Source of the DNA: a virus
Taxonomy: Duplodnaviria > Heunggongvirae > Uroviricota > Caudoviricetes
IMG/VR virus record: IMGVR_UViG_3300022187_000019
DNA: 64,000 bases
Direction: 5' to 3' (one strand)
Shown here: one piece after another, positions 16,205 through 25,029 of the stretch
How the letters are laid out: each line of letters begins with the position of its first letter
How positions within the stretch are numbered: the stretch's first letter is position 1
Translations under genes and position numbers: made by a program
Notes under the pieces: model-generated
Told to the model about the DNA's origin: nothing
Database searches by the model: none
The model's input: the letters and a program-made list of their open reading frames with translations, nothing else

Positions 16205-16390
16205 CTACGCGCCGACACCGACAGTAGGGGCACGGGCAAGCCGAGCCAGCGCCCGCAAGGCGTCGAAATACTCGACAACCTGTTCGTAGGTCTTCCCCTC
16301 GGCCCGGAGCGTGCGGGCACGGTCGCCCAGAACTTTGCTCTCTGCGTCCAGCCGCGTGATGAGTTCGTCGAAAGCCACAGCGCCTTTCAC
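16205..16390 (-). CDS. hypothetical small protein
   Basis: GTG start overlapping upstream stop (GTGA); about 62 aa. Confidence 0.35.
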   Translation of the reverse strand: MKGAVAFDELITRLDAESKVLGDRARTLRAEGKTYEQVVEYFDALRALARLARAPTVGVGA

Positions 16391-16629
16391 CTCGGCCGCA
16401 GCTTCTCGATCGCCCGGCGCTCGGTCTCCCGTGCGCTCTCCCGGCGTTCCCGGTCGCGGTCGATCTGTCGGGCGATCTCCTGCTCCCGGCGGATTTTCCG
16501 CTGCGTGTCGTTGGAATATGGCGTGCCATACACCTCGCCCTTGCGGACATCGGGATCGCCCCCTGCCGCTGACGCCTTGGCCGCCAGCGCGATGGCCGTG
16601 ATGACCACGGCGATGCGGACCGCCCTCAT
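16387..16629 (-). CDS. small secreted protein or lipoprotein
   Basis: signal-peptide-like MRAVRIAVVITAIALAA; Arg/Glu-rich C-terminus. Confidence 0.45.
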   Translation of the reverse strand: MRAVRIAVVITAIALAAKASAAGGDPDVRKGEVYGTPYSNDTQRKIRREQEIARQIDRDRERRESARETERRAIEKLRPR

Positions 16630-16910
16630 GCGACCACCCGGTCGGCGTGGACATCGGGATGGGCACCGGGGATGTCCCATCCAAACATCGAACCCATGTC
16701 CATGGCGAAGCGCTGCGCCGGGCTGACGCCCATGCGGTTGTTGAGGATCACCACCAGTTGCTCGAACGTGCAGTGCTCGTTCTCCGTGTAGCCTTCCGTG
16801 GGGAAGTAGCCGGTCTCGCCGCGCTTGATGATGATCAGTTCGCCGGTCGTGTTGAGGATCGAGTAGCAGTGCGCCGGCAGCGCTGCGAGGTTCTTTTCGA
16901 GTTGCGTCAT
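16626..16910 (-). CDS. hypothetical protein
   Basis: 95 aa; conserved leader AAGGAGACAGAC-ATG. Confidence 0.6.
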   Translation of the reverse strand: MTQLEKNLAALPAHCYSILNTTGELIIIKRGETGYFPTEGYTENEHCTFEQLVVILNNRMGVSPAQRFAMDMGSMFGWDIPGAHPDVHADRVVA

Positions 16911-16975
16911 GTCTGTCTCCTTGTTGCTGATGAATCTGGAATAGGACAAATCTTCCGGTTGGTCAAGCCTTACCA
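16911..16975 (-). promoter_or_regulatory. conserved promoter+leader module (TTGACC-AACCGGAAGATTTGTCC-TATTCC...CAACAAGGAGACAGAC)
   Basis: family member; see findings. Confidence 0.6.
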
Positions 16976-17905
16976 ACCTAGATTCTCTGCACAGATCGGG
17001 CCTATCGCCCGGTCGATTGATTCCGACTTCGTGAGTTTGCGCCCGCAGAACGAACACCTGCCCTCACGGCGGCCATAGGCAGTGGCGGCGGCCAGCGGGT
17101 CCATGGCAGCGGCAATGATCCGCTGCTCTTCCTCAGGGGTGCAGCCCCACGACTTGAGGAACTTCCCATCGGTGATCTTGCCGAGGTAGCGCTTCTCCCC
17201 ATCACGGTTCGTTTCCGTGAGGTGTTTGACGTAGATCGACCCGGCGTTCACGCCCGACCGGGCCGGCGAGAACATGAAGGTATCGAGGCGCAGCTTGGGA
17301 CGCGCGATGTCGCGGGCGATCGCAGCGGCGAATGCCTCCTCGATCTTGGCGAGTGATGCTTCCTCGATCACCGGCGCGGCTTCCTTCTGGGCGGCCTCCG
17401 CCTCAGTGCGGGCCTGTTCGCGGGCGATGAGCTTCTGCACCGCTGCCAACTGGCCGGGCGTCAGTTCACCATCCTTGAGCAGCTTGTCGAACATGCTCTT
17501 GGCGAAGTCGAACTTGGGAGCCTCCGTCGCGATCCATGCCCATTCGTCCGCGTGGGCGGTGACGAAGGCTTCGAGCTTGGTGGCGAGGTTCTTGCGCTTG
17601 CGCTCGGCATCAGCCGCCCGCTTCTCCGGTGAGGTCTTGAAGGGAACCTGTCCCTTGCCCTTGCACTTGAAGCAGGCCCCACCGACGCGGCCGGAATAGG
17701 TGATGAAGTTGCCCGACCCACGGCACGAGCCACAGGTGTCCCAATAGAGAACCGGGCCGGCGGCCGGGCGGGTGTTGTCCGAGACAGCCTTGGCGAACTC
17801 AGCAGCGCGTGCGGCGTCCTCGGTGCTCATCTGGCCCGTGCCGAAGATGTCGCCGATGTCATCGTCGAGATCGTCGTGAGCAAGGTTTCCACAAGTTCCG
17901 CACAT
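16970..17905 (-). CDS. zinc-finger protein with DUF6011-like C-terminus
   Basis: 311 aa; CxxC x4; C-terminal CSFCGRKLTKSESIDRAIGPIC. Confidence 0.6.
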   Translation of the reverse strand: MCGTCGNLAHDDLDDDIGDIFGTGQMSTEDAARAAEFAKAVSDNTRPAAGPVLYWDTCGSCRGSGNFITYSGRVGGACFKCKGKGQVPFKTSPEKRAADAERKRKNLATKLEAFVTAHADEWAWIATEAPKFDFAKSMFDKLLKDGELTPGQLAAVQKLIAREQARTEAEAAQKEAAPVIEEASLAKIEEAFAAAIARDIARPKLRLDTFMFSPARSGVNAGSIYVKHLTETNRDGEKRYLGKITDGKFLKSWGCTPEEEQRIIAAAMDPLAAATAYGRREGRCSFCGRKLTKSESIDRAIGPICAENLGW

Positions 17906-17975
17906 CGTCTGTCTCCTGATTCGCTGTTGCTGCGACTCAGATAGTTCAGCCCGGCGAATTGGTCAAGCACTTTCT
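17906..17975 (-). promoter_or_regulatory. conserved promoter+leader module
   Basis: TTGACC-17-TATCTG...CAGCGAATCAGGAGACAGACG-ATG. Confidence 0.55.
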
Positions 17976-18007
17976 CCACGAGTCCGCGCAGCGGACTCGT
18001 CCCTCAC

Positions 18008-18901
18008 TTACTCCGCATCCTTCCACCGGGAGTTCGTCCGGTCGATCGCATAGCTGGTGTTCAAGATGCCAAGTTCCGGGTTGCCCCGGTAGTGGGGCTG
18101 CACCAGCGTCACGGAGACGTTCTTGTAGCGTGGGTGGACGAGGAAGCGCAGATGCGCCCGGACGAAGTGCAGTTCGCGCTCAGGGCCGTCCCCCTGCCCC
18201 TGTGTGATGCTCAGGATGTGCTTGTCGATGTTGAGCCGCACCTCGTGATGCGGATGGAAGGGATATTTCCCACGCTTGAGTCGGCGGGCGTTCAGCCGCG
18301 CCTTGTCGCATTCCCGGATGCGGACGAGCTTCGGTGAATTGATGAACGCCAGCAGCGAGAACATCAGCGGCTTGGCGTGATCGAGCACGCCCGCATATTG
18401 CGAGTGGATCAGGATGGGATCAGTCGTCGCCCGCTGGTGGATCGCAAGCAGGGACAGGACAGCCGGGCTGGCGTTGTTGGCCTTGGCGGCGCGGGCGGCA
18501 AGCTGGTGATGATCTGCCCATACGAGGCTGTAGCTCTCCAGATCGTAGCGAACAGGGATGGCCATGATCTCACCATCAGGGAAGCCGATGAACACCAGCC
18601 CATGGCCTGCCGTGACGCTCTGCTCTTTCTTCGTGAGGCCGCCATAGAACAAGAACCCCATCGTGTGCTGCCCCTTGGGCGCTGGGATTTCGATCCATGT
18701 GTTATAGTCCGGCCAGCAGGTGAACTTGGCGATGCCGGCGATCTTGGTCGCGTCGCGTTCCATCAGTTCGACAGCCGCCTGATAGACATCGTCATGCACC
18801 GTGACGACCCTGACGCCCTCGAACAGTTCGCGCGCGAGGGGTTCGTCTTCACAGATGCGGTCGATGAAATTCAAGGCTGTCTCCTTCTCCGGTTGAGCCA
18901 T
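18008..18901 (-). CDS. hypothetical protein (start ATG 18901 or TTG 18868)
   Basis: conserved GGAGAAGGAGACAGCC-TTG suggests a TTG start. Confidence 0.55.
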   Translation of the reverse strand: MAQPEKETALNFIDRICEDEPLARELFEGVRVVTVHDDVYQAAVELMERDATKIAGIAKFTCWPDYNTWIEIPAPKGQHTMGFLFYGGLTKKEQSVTAGHGLVFIGFPDGEIMAIPVRYDLESYSLVWADHHQLAARAAKANNASPAVLSLLAIHQRATTDPILIHSQYAGVLDHAKPLMFSLLAFINSPKLVRIRECDKARLNARRLKRGKYPFHPHHEVRLNIDKHILSITQGQGDGPERELHFVRAHLRFLVHPRYKNVSVTLVQPHYRGNPELGILNTSYAIDRTNSRWKDAE

Positions 18902-18944
18902 AGCATTTACGGGAAGCAAGATATTCAGTCAATCACTTATTCCA

Positions 18945-18970
18945 TAAAAAAGGCCGCCCCGGAGGGCGGC
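18945..18970 (-). terminator. rho-independent terminator for the nadV operon
   Basis: GGCCGCCCC-GGA-GGGGCGGCC flanked by A6 on the + strand. Confidence 0.65.
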
Positions 18971-18977
18971 CCTTCCA

Positions 18978-20444
18978 TTAGCCGTGCCCGATGACGCGCC
19001 ACTGGCGAGCGCGCTCCCGGACCTGATCGAACGTCTCAGGGGCGACCAGTTCGCCGTCCTCGTAGACCGTCCGCAGATAGTTGAGACGACCGTTGAGTTC
19101 GTCTTCCGGGATGGTGATCAGCACGTCGTTCTCCATCACCACTGCGAAGCGCCCGGCCTTGGATGCCTTGGACGGATCGGTCTTGACCTCCTTGCGGACG
19201 GCGCTGGTGATACCGCCGATGACCACTTCCGAGGTCTTCATGGCGAAGCGGTGGGTGTCGCGCTCCACGTCGTGCATCATCAGACCACCGCCCGAACCGA
19301 AGGTCAGGTTGTCGATCGACCAAGTGTGGTAGACCACACGCTGGAGGATGCGGCGCAGCGATTCTTCGTGGATGCCGTCGCCCTGAATGACGCGAACGAA
19401 ATCCGGGAGGACGCGGAAGCCCTTCTCGTTGACCGTCCAGCCCGTCAGGCTTCCGATCAGGTCGAGCAGGTGGACGACGTTGATGATCGGATCACCCGAG
19501 TCCGGCCGCAGCACGACGCACATGTTCGACGCTTCCAGCTTCTCGCGGAGGCCGCAACCGCCCTTCTCGGCCGGCGTCAGCCACATGCGGACGGCGTTGT
19601 CCTGATCGTAGGTGTCGATCACCACCGACACCGGCGACCGGCCGCCCAGCGGGTTCACGGTCTGGCCATGGACTTCGAGAATGTGCTCGAAGAACGCCTG
19701 CTCGTTTTCCTTGCCCCACGACGTGGTGACCGAGTGCTCGGTCGCCGGGATCGAATATCCCAGCATGGTTTCGGTCGTGTAGGCGTTCTGGCCGAACAGG
19801 ATGCCAAGCAGATTGTCGGTCACCTGAAAGTTCAGGAGATGGGCCATGCCGGAGATGCCTGCGTCCTCGGACGACCGGACGCCGCGCGCCGAGAAGTCCA
19901 CCACCTTGAACTCCGCCGTCTCCGGCGTGCCGCTCTGGGTGAGGTAGCGATCGACCAGACGCCACCAGCGCATCGACCGGGTGGCGATCGTGGTGGGGAG
20001 CCAGACGCCGCGAAGCAGCAGGGTTTCGACGAACGCGGCGACACCGGCGCATTCCTCGTCGAGCGATTCCACCGTGACAAGGACACAGCCCTGCGGGACG
20101 AGGACGCCCTCTGGAAGCGCCTTGATCCGCACCGGCCACCGGCCATCGTGCTTGTCGCGGATGGTCGTCCACATTTCTTCGTTGAACGGCACGCCGTGCA
20201 GCGGGAGGAAGCGGCGGGCGTGGGCGATCACCGAGTCGGTGACGCGCTGGGTCAGGTAATAGCGCAGCAGGTATTGCAGGCCGAAGAACATGACCTCGCT
20301 GAACTCGCCACCCTTACGGGCTTCGATGTAGCCGTAGCTCGAAGTGAACTGCGGGTGCTCGAACGTCCAGTGGCTGTTCTTGTAGGTGTCGCTGTTGAGG
20401 ATCGGCTGGTTCAGCAGTTCCCCGATGGTCGTGATATAGCTCAT
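18978..20444 (-). CDS. nadV: nicotinamide phosphoribosyltransferase (NadV/NAMPT)
   Basis: 488 aa, global NAMPT-family similarity; RBS AGGAGAC. Confidence 0.85.
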   Translation of the reverse strand: MSYITTIGELLNQPILNSDTYKNSHWTFEHPQFTSSYGYIEARKGGEFSEVMFFGLQYLLRYYLTQRVTDSVIAHARRFLPLHGVPFNEEMWTTIRDKHDGRWPVRIKALPEGVLVPQGCVLVTVESLDEECAGVAAFVETLLLRGVWLPTTIATRSMRWWRLVDRYLTQSGTPETAEFKVVDFSARGVRSSEDAGISGMAHLLNFQVTDNLLGILFGQNAYTTETMLGYSIPATEHSVTTSWGKENEQAFFEHILEVHGQTVNPLGGRSPVSVVIDTYDQDNAVRMWLTPAEKGGCGLREKLEASNMCVVLRPDSGDPIINVVHLLDLIGSLTGWTVNEKGFRVLPDFVRVIQGDGIHEESLRRILQRVVYHTWSIDNLTFGSGGGLMMHDVERDTHRFAMKTSEVVIGGITSAVRKEVKTDPSKASKAGRFAVVMENDVLITIPEDELNGRLNYLRTVYEDGELVAPETFDQVRERARQWRVIGHG

Positions 20445-20456
20445 GGGGTCTCCTGA

Positions 20457-21572
20457 TTAGATCGTCAGATCGCGGAAGCGGTTCGAGAAATCCTCGATGA
20501 TGTTGAAGTGGTCTTCGAACATCATGTCACGGGTGATCTCGTCGATGTTCCACCAGCGGGCTTCGCGGGCGTCGTCAGCGCCTTCGATCAGCGGCCGGGT
20601 GAAGCTGCCGGGCAGCAGCGCGCCGTAAGCTACCGAGACGGTCACTTCGCGGTTCGACCGCCACGGATTGTCGAGCAGCTTGTCGCCCCGGATGTAGCTG
20701 TTGATCACGTCGGGCGTGATGGCTTCGTTCAGGTCGAAGATGCTGGTTTCCTGACCAAGCTCAGCGAGCGCTGCGTCGCGGAACGTCTGGTAGGCGTGCT
20801 TGTGCCCGCCGGGCACCGCCCACAGCCCTTCGCCGGGCATCCGATCGCGCTTGACCAGCAGGACAGCGCCGCCGTGCTGTAGATAGAAGTCGGCGCAATT
20901 GTGCTGCTGCGGCTGGCCGGTGTAGGGGTTCGGCTGGAACTTCTTGAGTTCGTCCCGCATGAACAGCGCCTCGGCCCGCATCTGCTGGAAGTGCTCGGTG
21001 TTCACCCACTGGCGCAGGAACCAGAAGGTGCCGTGCGGGAGATAGGAAGCGCCGAACAGGTCCTTCCACGTCTTGAGGACGCGGCCGGGGTCCTCGGCTT
21101 CGTAGAGCGCCATACGCATGGCGGTCGCCGACATCGATTCGCCGTCGTTCAGGATCGGCTCGACACCGATGCTTCCCCACTGGCGGAAGAGCTTGAGGTA
21201 ATAGGACGAGCCGTCCTTGTTGCAGCCTACCAGAGCGATACGCGGCTCGCCGGGGATCGACAGCGCGGTCGCCTGTTCGTGGACGATCTTCTGCACGTCG
21301 CGGACCCACGCAAGGTCATTGTCGCGGTCGCGGACGCCGTGGACGAAGACGCGATCATTCTCGGCCGCCGACAGCGAGCCACGGATCATGGTCTGGACTT
21401 CGTCGAACGTGAAGGGGTTCTTGAAGTGCGGGGCTTCACCGGTCGAGCCGATGATGACGAAGACATATTGGGAAGCGGCGAGGCCGGCGCGGATGTTGGC
21501 CAGATGAGCGGCCGTCGGCGGACGCATACGGCCAGCGAATACACAGATGTCGAACATGTGGCTCCTTTTCAA
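20457..21572 (-). CDS. nadM: bifunctional NMN adenylyltransferase / Nudix ADP-ribose pyrophosphatase (NadM-Nudix, NatV-like)
   Basis: 371 aa; N-terminal nucleotidyltransferase FAGRMRPPTAAH; C-terminal Nudix-like GGHKHAYQTFRDAALAELGQET. Confidence 0.8.
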   Translation of the reverse strand: MKRSHMFDICVFAGRMRPPTAAHLANIRAGLAASQYVFVIIGSTGEAPHFKNPFTFDEVQTMIRGSLSAAENDRVFVHGVRDRDNDLAWVRDVQKIVHEQATALSIPGEPRIALVGCNKDGSSYYLKLFRQWGSIGVEPILNDGESMSATAMRMALYEAEDPGRVLKTWKDLFGASYLPHGTFWFLRQWVNTEHFQQMRAEALFMRDELKKFQPNPYTGQPQQHNCADFYLQHGGAVLLVKRDRMPGEGLWAVPGGHKHAYQTFRDAALAELGQETSIFDLNEAITPDVINSYIRGDKLLDNPWRSNREVTVSVAYGALLPGSFTRPLIEGADDAREARWWNIDEITRDMMFEDHFNIIEDFSNRFRDLTI

Positions 21573-21904
21573 TCGTTGGGGATGTAGTTGACTTCGATGC
21601 CGAAGTCTTCGAGCTTGGCGGCGAGGGTTCGCAACGCGGTCAATGCTTCACGGATCAGCATGGGCGAGTCACGGGTTGGGGCGTGGGTGCGGTAGGTGGT
21701 GATCCACGATGTGTTCTCCACCGCCAACCGCAAGATCATCTTTTCGAGGTCCGAGAACGGCTCACGCAGATAATCGTCGAGTGCCATCGGACGGAGGCGC
21801 TTGCAGGCGGCCTCGAACTGCTCCGGCCTATACCCTGCCTTGAGCAGGAGATAGACCGGATCAGTCTCATCGTCCGGCGGCTCGTGAGCATAGTCCCCCA
21901 TCAT
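21569..21904 (-). CDS. hypothetical protein (start uncertain)
   Basis: N-terminal part of the 206-aa ORF overlaps another frame. Confidence 0.35.
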   Translation of the reverse strand: MMGDYAHEPPDDETDPVYLLLKAGYRPEQFEAACKRLRPMALDDYLREPFSDLEKMILRLAVENTSWITTYRTHAPTRDSPMLIREALTALRTLAAKLEDFGIEVNYIPND

Positions 21905-21969
21905 GGCGAAGCCCCAGAGCAAGGCTTCGGATTCCTTCAAGGTCAGGAGGACCGTGGCCGGCGGCCCGG

Positions 21970-22320
21970 TCAAAGAACGATCCGGCCGGCCCGGCGAGCC
22001 TTGGTGGTATATTCGGCCATGGTCATCGTCGGGGTGAACGAGATGTCCCGTTCGACCGGGAGACCCAGCCCGCCCCGGATCGACTTGATCTCGGTCAGCG
22101 AGACGTAACCAAGCTCTGGTTCTCCGAGGCCCAGATCGCACAGACCGAACAGCGTGTCGCCGTCGGCATCGATCTCGGAGATAAGCCACGTCGCCGCGCC
22201 GTCCGGGGTGAAGAGCTTGAGCACGGGACGAAGATCGCTGCCGTCGCCGGAGCGCGAGGCGACCGCCCCGTTCTGCCGCAGCACCTCCATCTGGTCATCA
22301 AGGATGAGCTTCTGAGCCAT
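21970..22320 (-). CDS. hypothetical protein (Gly-rich, DUF2958-like)
   Basis: 116 aa; conserved leader. Confidence 0.55.
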   Translation of the reverse strand: MAQKLILDDQMEVLRQNGAVASRSGDGSDLRPVLKLFTPDGAATWLISEIDADGDTLFGLCDLGLGEPELGYVSLTEIKSIRGGLGLPVERDISFTPTMTMAEYTTKARRAGRIVL

Positions 22321-22392
22321 AGGGTCTGTCTCCTTCGATTCGTTGTTGATGGGGTCGAATTAGGACGATTCTTCCGGTTCGTCAACCGCCAT
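22321..22392 (-). promoter_or_regulatory. conserved promoter+leader module
   Basis: TTGACG-AACCGGAAGAATCGTCC-TAATTC...CAACAACGAATCGAAGGAGACAGACCCT-ATG. Confidence 0.6.
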
Positions 22393-22401
22393 TTTGCCGT
22401 T

Positions 22402-22791
22402 TCAATATTCCGGCTCGGTGGGCAGACCCTCGTCCTTGAGGGTTTCGAACTCGTCGTCGAATTCCATTTCGTCAGGCAGTTCGAACGTGAAGTCGTCGGA
22501 GACCAATGCCTCCGCATCCGCAAGCGCGCCGATCCAGTCTTCGGTGGGCGAGGCGCGGTCGCCTTCGAGCCAGCGCTCCGACATGTCGTCATAGGCGCTC
22601 TGCTGTTCGGCTTGGATGTCCTCGATCACGCCACGCAGTTCCTCACGCTTCTCGTTGAGGGCGTCGAGCAGGCCGCTCAGTTCGCCCCGCCATTCGTCGA
22701 GCTTGTCGTTGATCTCGGTTCGCATATCGTCGAGTTCGCCGGCCAGCTTCATCACGCGGGCGTTGTCGGTCTTGGTGATCTTGAAAGCCAT
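22402..22791 (-). CDS. hypothetical acidic coiled-coil protein
   Basis: 129 aa; conserved leader. Confidence 0.55.
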   Translation of the reverse strand: MAFKITKTDNARVMKLAGELDDMRTEINDKLDEWRGELSGLLDALNEKREELRGVIEDIQAEQQSAYDDMSERWLEGDRASPTEDWIGALADAEALVSDDFTFELPDEMEFDDEFETLKDEGLPTEPEY

Positions 22792-22865
22792 CGGTCTGTC
22801 TCCTTCGAGTCGTTGTTGATGAGAAGCGAATAGGAAGATTTGTCCGATGGGTCAAGACGGAAAAT
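22792..22865 (-). promoter_or_regulatory. conserved promoter+leader module
   Basis: TTGACC-17-TATTCG...CAACAACGACTCGAAGGAGACAGACCG-ATG. Confidence 0.6.
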
Positions 22866-22906
22866 GACGTGATGGCGCGTGATGATCGACCAAGAGCTAT
22901 TATGAA

Positions 22907-22935
22907 TTGACAGTGATGGTCATTCTGGGTAGACC
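22907..22935 (+). promoter_or_regulatory. promoter TTGACA-17-TAGACC driving a leaderless xis-like gene
   Basis: the -10 element ends 1 nt before the ATG at 22936. Confidence 0.5.
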
Positions 22936-23256
22936 ATGAGCATGACCGACATGACCTCCCTGTGTGCGAAGATCGAGGCCGCTAAAGCCAGCGGCCTCGG
23001 TATCACCCTTGATGATGCCGAATTGAATGGCCTCCTCAGCATGGCCACTCTCCTCGGCACTATCACCCCGGCGCGTGATGCTGATCCCGACGAAATCATT
23101 ACGATCGCGGAAATCTGCGCCAAGCTCAAGATCAGCCGGCAGACGCTTTACCGCTGGCGGCGCGACGGAAAGTTCATGCCTCAGCCAGTGAACGTGCAGG
23201 CGACCCGCTGGCTGCGGAGTGAGTTTTCTCAATGGCTGCGTGAGCGGTCAGCCTGA
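22936..23256 (+). CDS. AlpA/Xis-family excisionase-like DNA-binding protein
   Basis: 106 aa; ISRQTLYRWRRDGKFMP motif; converges on the integrase. Confidence 0.6.
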   Translation: MSMTDMTSLCAKIEAAKASGLGITLDDAELNGLLSMATLLGTITPARDADPDEIITIAEICAKLKISRQTLYRWRRDGKFMPQPVNVQATRWLRSEFSQWLRERSA

Positions 23257-24535
23257 TCGGATCAAGGTGCTCCGCCCAAATGCGGAGCGCCGCCTTCTTC
23301 TCCGCGAAATAGTCGTGGTGATCGTAGTTGCCCCGGACGCCGCCGATGATGTGGTTGATGACCCGCTCGACGATGTCCGACAGGATGAGAGGCTTGTCCT
23401 CGGCATCCCTCAATCCCCGCATACCCGTCGCCAGCGTGCGACGCAGATCGTGGACGGTGAACCGCTCCATGGTCTTCCGCTCCTTCGCCGCCAGCTTCTG
23501 GCAGGTCTCGTTGAGCGCGTTCATGGGCTTCGTGAAGCTGATTAGCTCCTTCGACGTGTCCTCGTCTTCATCGACCGTCTCGCCCTGCCTCCACGAGAAC
23601 GGGGCCGGCCAGACGTATTTGTAATTGCCGGTGAGGCGCTTGCGTTGGCGCAGGATCGCGACCACCGTGTCCGGCATCCACAGCAGCAGGTCCAACCCGT
23701 TCTTGATCCGCTCACCGCTGATCAGAATCGTGTTGTCGTGGAAGCGGACCTCGTCCCATGTCAGACCGGCCGCCTCGCTCCGTCGCAGGCCGGTGTAGAG
23801 GATGACGGTCATCATCTCAGCGAAGGTGTCACGAGCCAAATAGGTTCCTTTGAAGAACACCCCGATCTCGTAATTCGTGAGGTAGCGACGACGCTTGTTC
23901 TCGTCGGCGAGGCTCACCAGATCGATCGCCGGGTTGACGGTCAGACCGGTCACGGCCCGGCCGCGCGAGACGCCCCACTTCCACCAGCGGGCGATGAGCG
24001 CCTTGAGCCGGTTCGACGCCGGCCCCTTCCCTTCCGCAAACTTCTTCTGCACGATCGCCGCCAGATCGTCGTAGGTGATGGTGTCGATCTGCCGCTCACC
24101 CAGCGTCGGTTTGATCTCCCGGTTGTAGGTGGTCCGCTTCTCCTTGGCCGTCTTCCTCGTCTCGCCCTCGGCCGCCATATATTGATCGAACATCCAGTCG
24201 CAGGTGAGGGAGGCGCGCGGGTCGATCGCCGGCTCGGATGACTCCTCGCTGGGCGTTAGGAAGCTCACCGCTCTTCCCTCGACCTTGGCGGTGTTGATCT
24301 CGGTCGCTCGCTCGCGGGCGGCGGACAGGTCCATGCCTCCGGTCTCCAACCACTGACCCAGCGTCACCGTCTTCGGCTCACCGTTCACCTTGCCTTGCCA
24401 TGCCCAAATCTTTCGCCCGGTCGGGTGGACGATCAGGCGGAGGTTGGCCGCCACAGAATCAGTGATCACCTGTTTCTTCGGACCGGGCTTGAGGCCCTTG
24501 ACGAAGGCCGCCGTAAGCTGTTTCTTCATGGACAA
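23174..24535 (-). CDS. int: tyrosine recombinase / phage integrase
   Basis: 453 aa; HDLRRT box; RBS AGGAAG. Confidence 0.9.
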   Translation of the reverse strand: MSMKKQLTAAFVKGLKPGPKKQVITDSVAANLRLIVHPTGRKIWAWQGKVNGEPKTVTLGQWLETGGMDLSAARERATEINTAKVEGRAVSFLTPSEESSEPAIDPRASLTCDWMFDQYMAAEGETRKTAKEKRTTYNREIKPTLGERQIDTITYDDLAAIVQKKFAEGKGPASNRLKALIARWWKWGVSRGRAVTGLTVNPAIDLVSLADENKRRRYLTNYEIGVFFKGTYLARDTFAEMMTVILYTGLRRSEAAGLTWDEVRFHDNTILISGERIKNGLDLLLWMPDTVVAILRQRKRLTGNYKYVWPAPFSWRQGETVDEDEDTSKELISFTKPMNALNETCQKLAAKERKTMERFTVHDLRRTLATGMRGLRDAEDKPLILSDIVERVINHIIGGVRGNYDHHDYFAEKKAALRIWAEHLDPIRLTAHAAIEKTHSAASGSPARSLAEA

Positions 24536-24560
24536 ATCTTCCTGTTTGCAGATCGAGTTT

Positions 24561-24622
24561 CTGACCTACTTCTGACCTACCCGGAGCGCCGCCGCAAGAG
24601 GGCTGACCTACTCCTGACCTAC
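24561..24622 (+). repeat. integrase arm-type site repeats CTGACCTAC (4 copies)
   Basis: copies at 24561, 24572, 24603 and 24614. Confidence 0.55.
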
Positions 24623-24752
24623 TTTTTGTCGTTTCTGGATGAAACAGGATGTCCCACGTTGTTACTAAGAAAGGACCAAAAATGGCGGATTTCCGGGGTT
24701 TTCTTGAGACAGCTTGTCTCGGCGCGTCTCGTCGTGTAACAGGAGTTTGTCA

Positions 24753-24797
24753 CTCTTAATCAGCGGGTCCTAGGTTCGAACCCTAGTGCGTCCACCA
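24753..24797 (+). other. attP core: 3' fragment of tRNA-Lys(CTT)
   Basis: anticodon loop CTCTTAA + 3' stem TCAGC + variable loop GGGTC + T-arm CTAGGTTCGAACCCTAG + acceptor TGCGTCC-A-CCA; no 5' half upstream. Confidence 0.6.
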
Positions 24798-24826
24798 TTT
24801 TCTCCCTTGTAAATCAAGGGTTTATA

Positions 24827-24860
24827 GCCCCGCCCTAACCGGCGGGGCTTTTCGTTTCTT
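24827..24860 (+). terminator. rho-independent terminator after att core
   Basis: GCCCCGCC-CTAACC-GGCGGGGC followed by TTTTCGTTTCTT. Confidence 0.6.
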
Positions 24861-24864
24861 GGCG

Positions 24865-25029
24865 CTGACCTACTTTCTGACCTACTTTTCCTTGGCTCAC
24901 GGTGTTACGCCATGGGTCAAGATGGGTCTTATGGGGGAAATTCAGCGGCTCGCGAATCACAAAACAAAACACCCGCCGGCCTTTCGGACGACGGGTGAGG
25001 TGGAGACAACGGTAGGTCAGCGGTAGGTC
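24865..25029. repeat. further CTGACCTAC arm-type repeats (2 direct, 2 inverted)
   Basis: direct at 24865 and 24877; inverted GTAGGTCAG at 25011 and 25021. Confidence 0.5.

Noticed and set aside
16194-16684. ORFs 16194..16550 and 16205..16684 full length
   Set aside because: N-terminal parts are overlapping-frame artefacts; replaced by the coupled pair 16387..16629 and 16205..16390.
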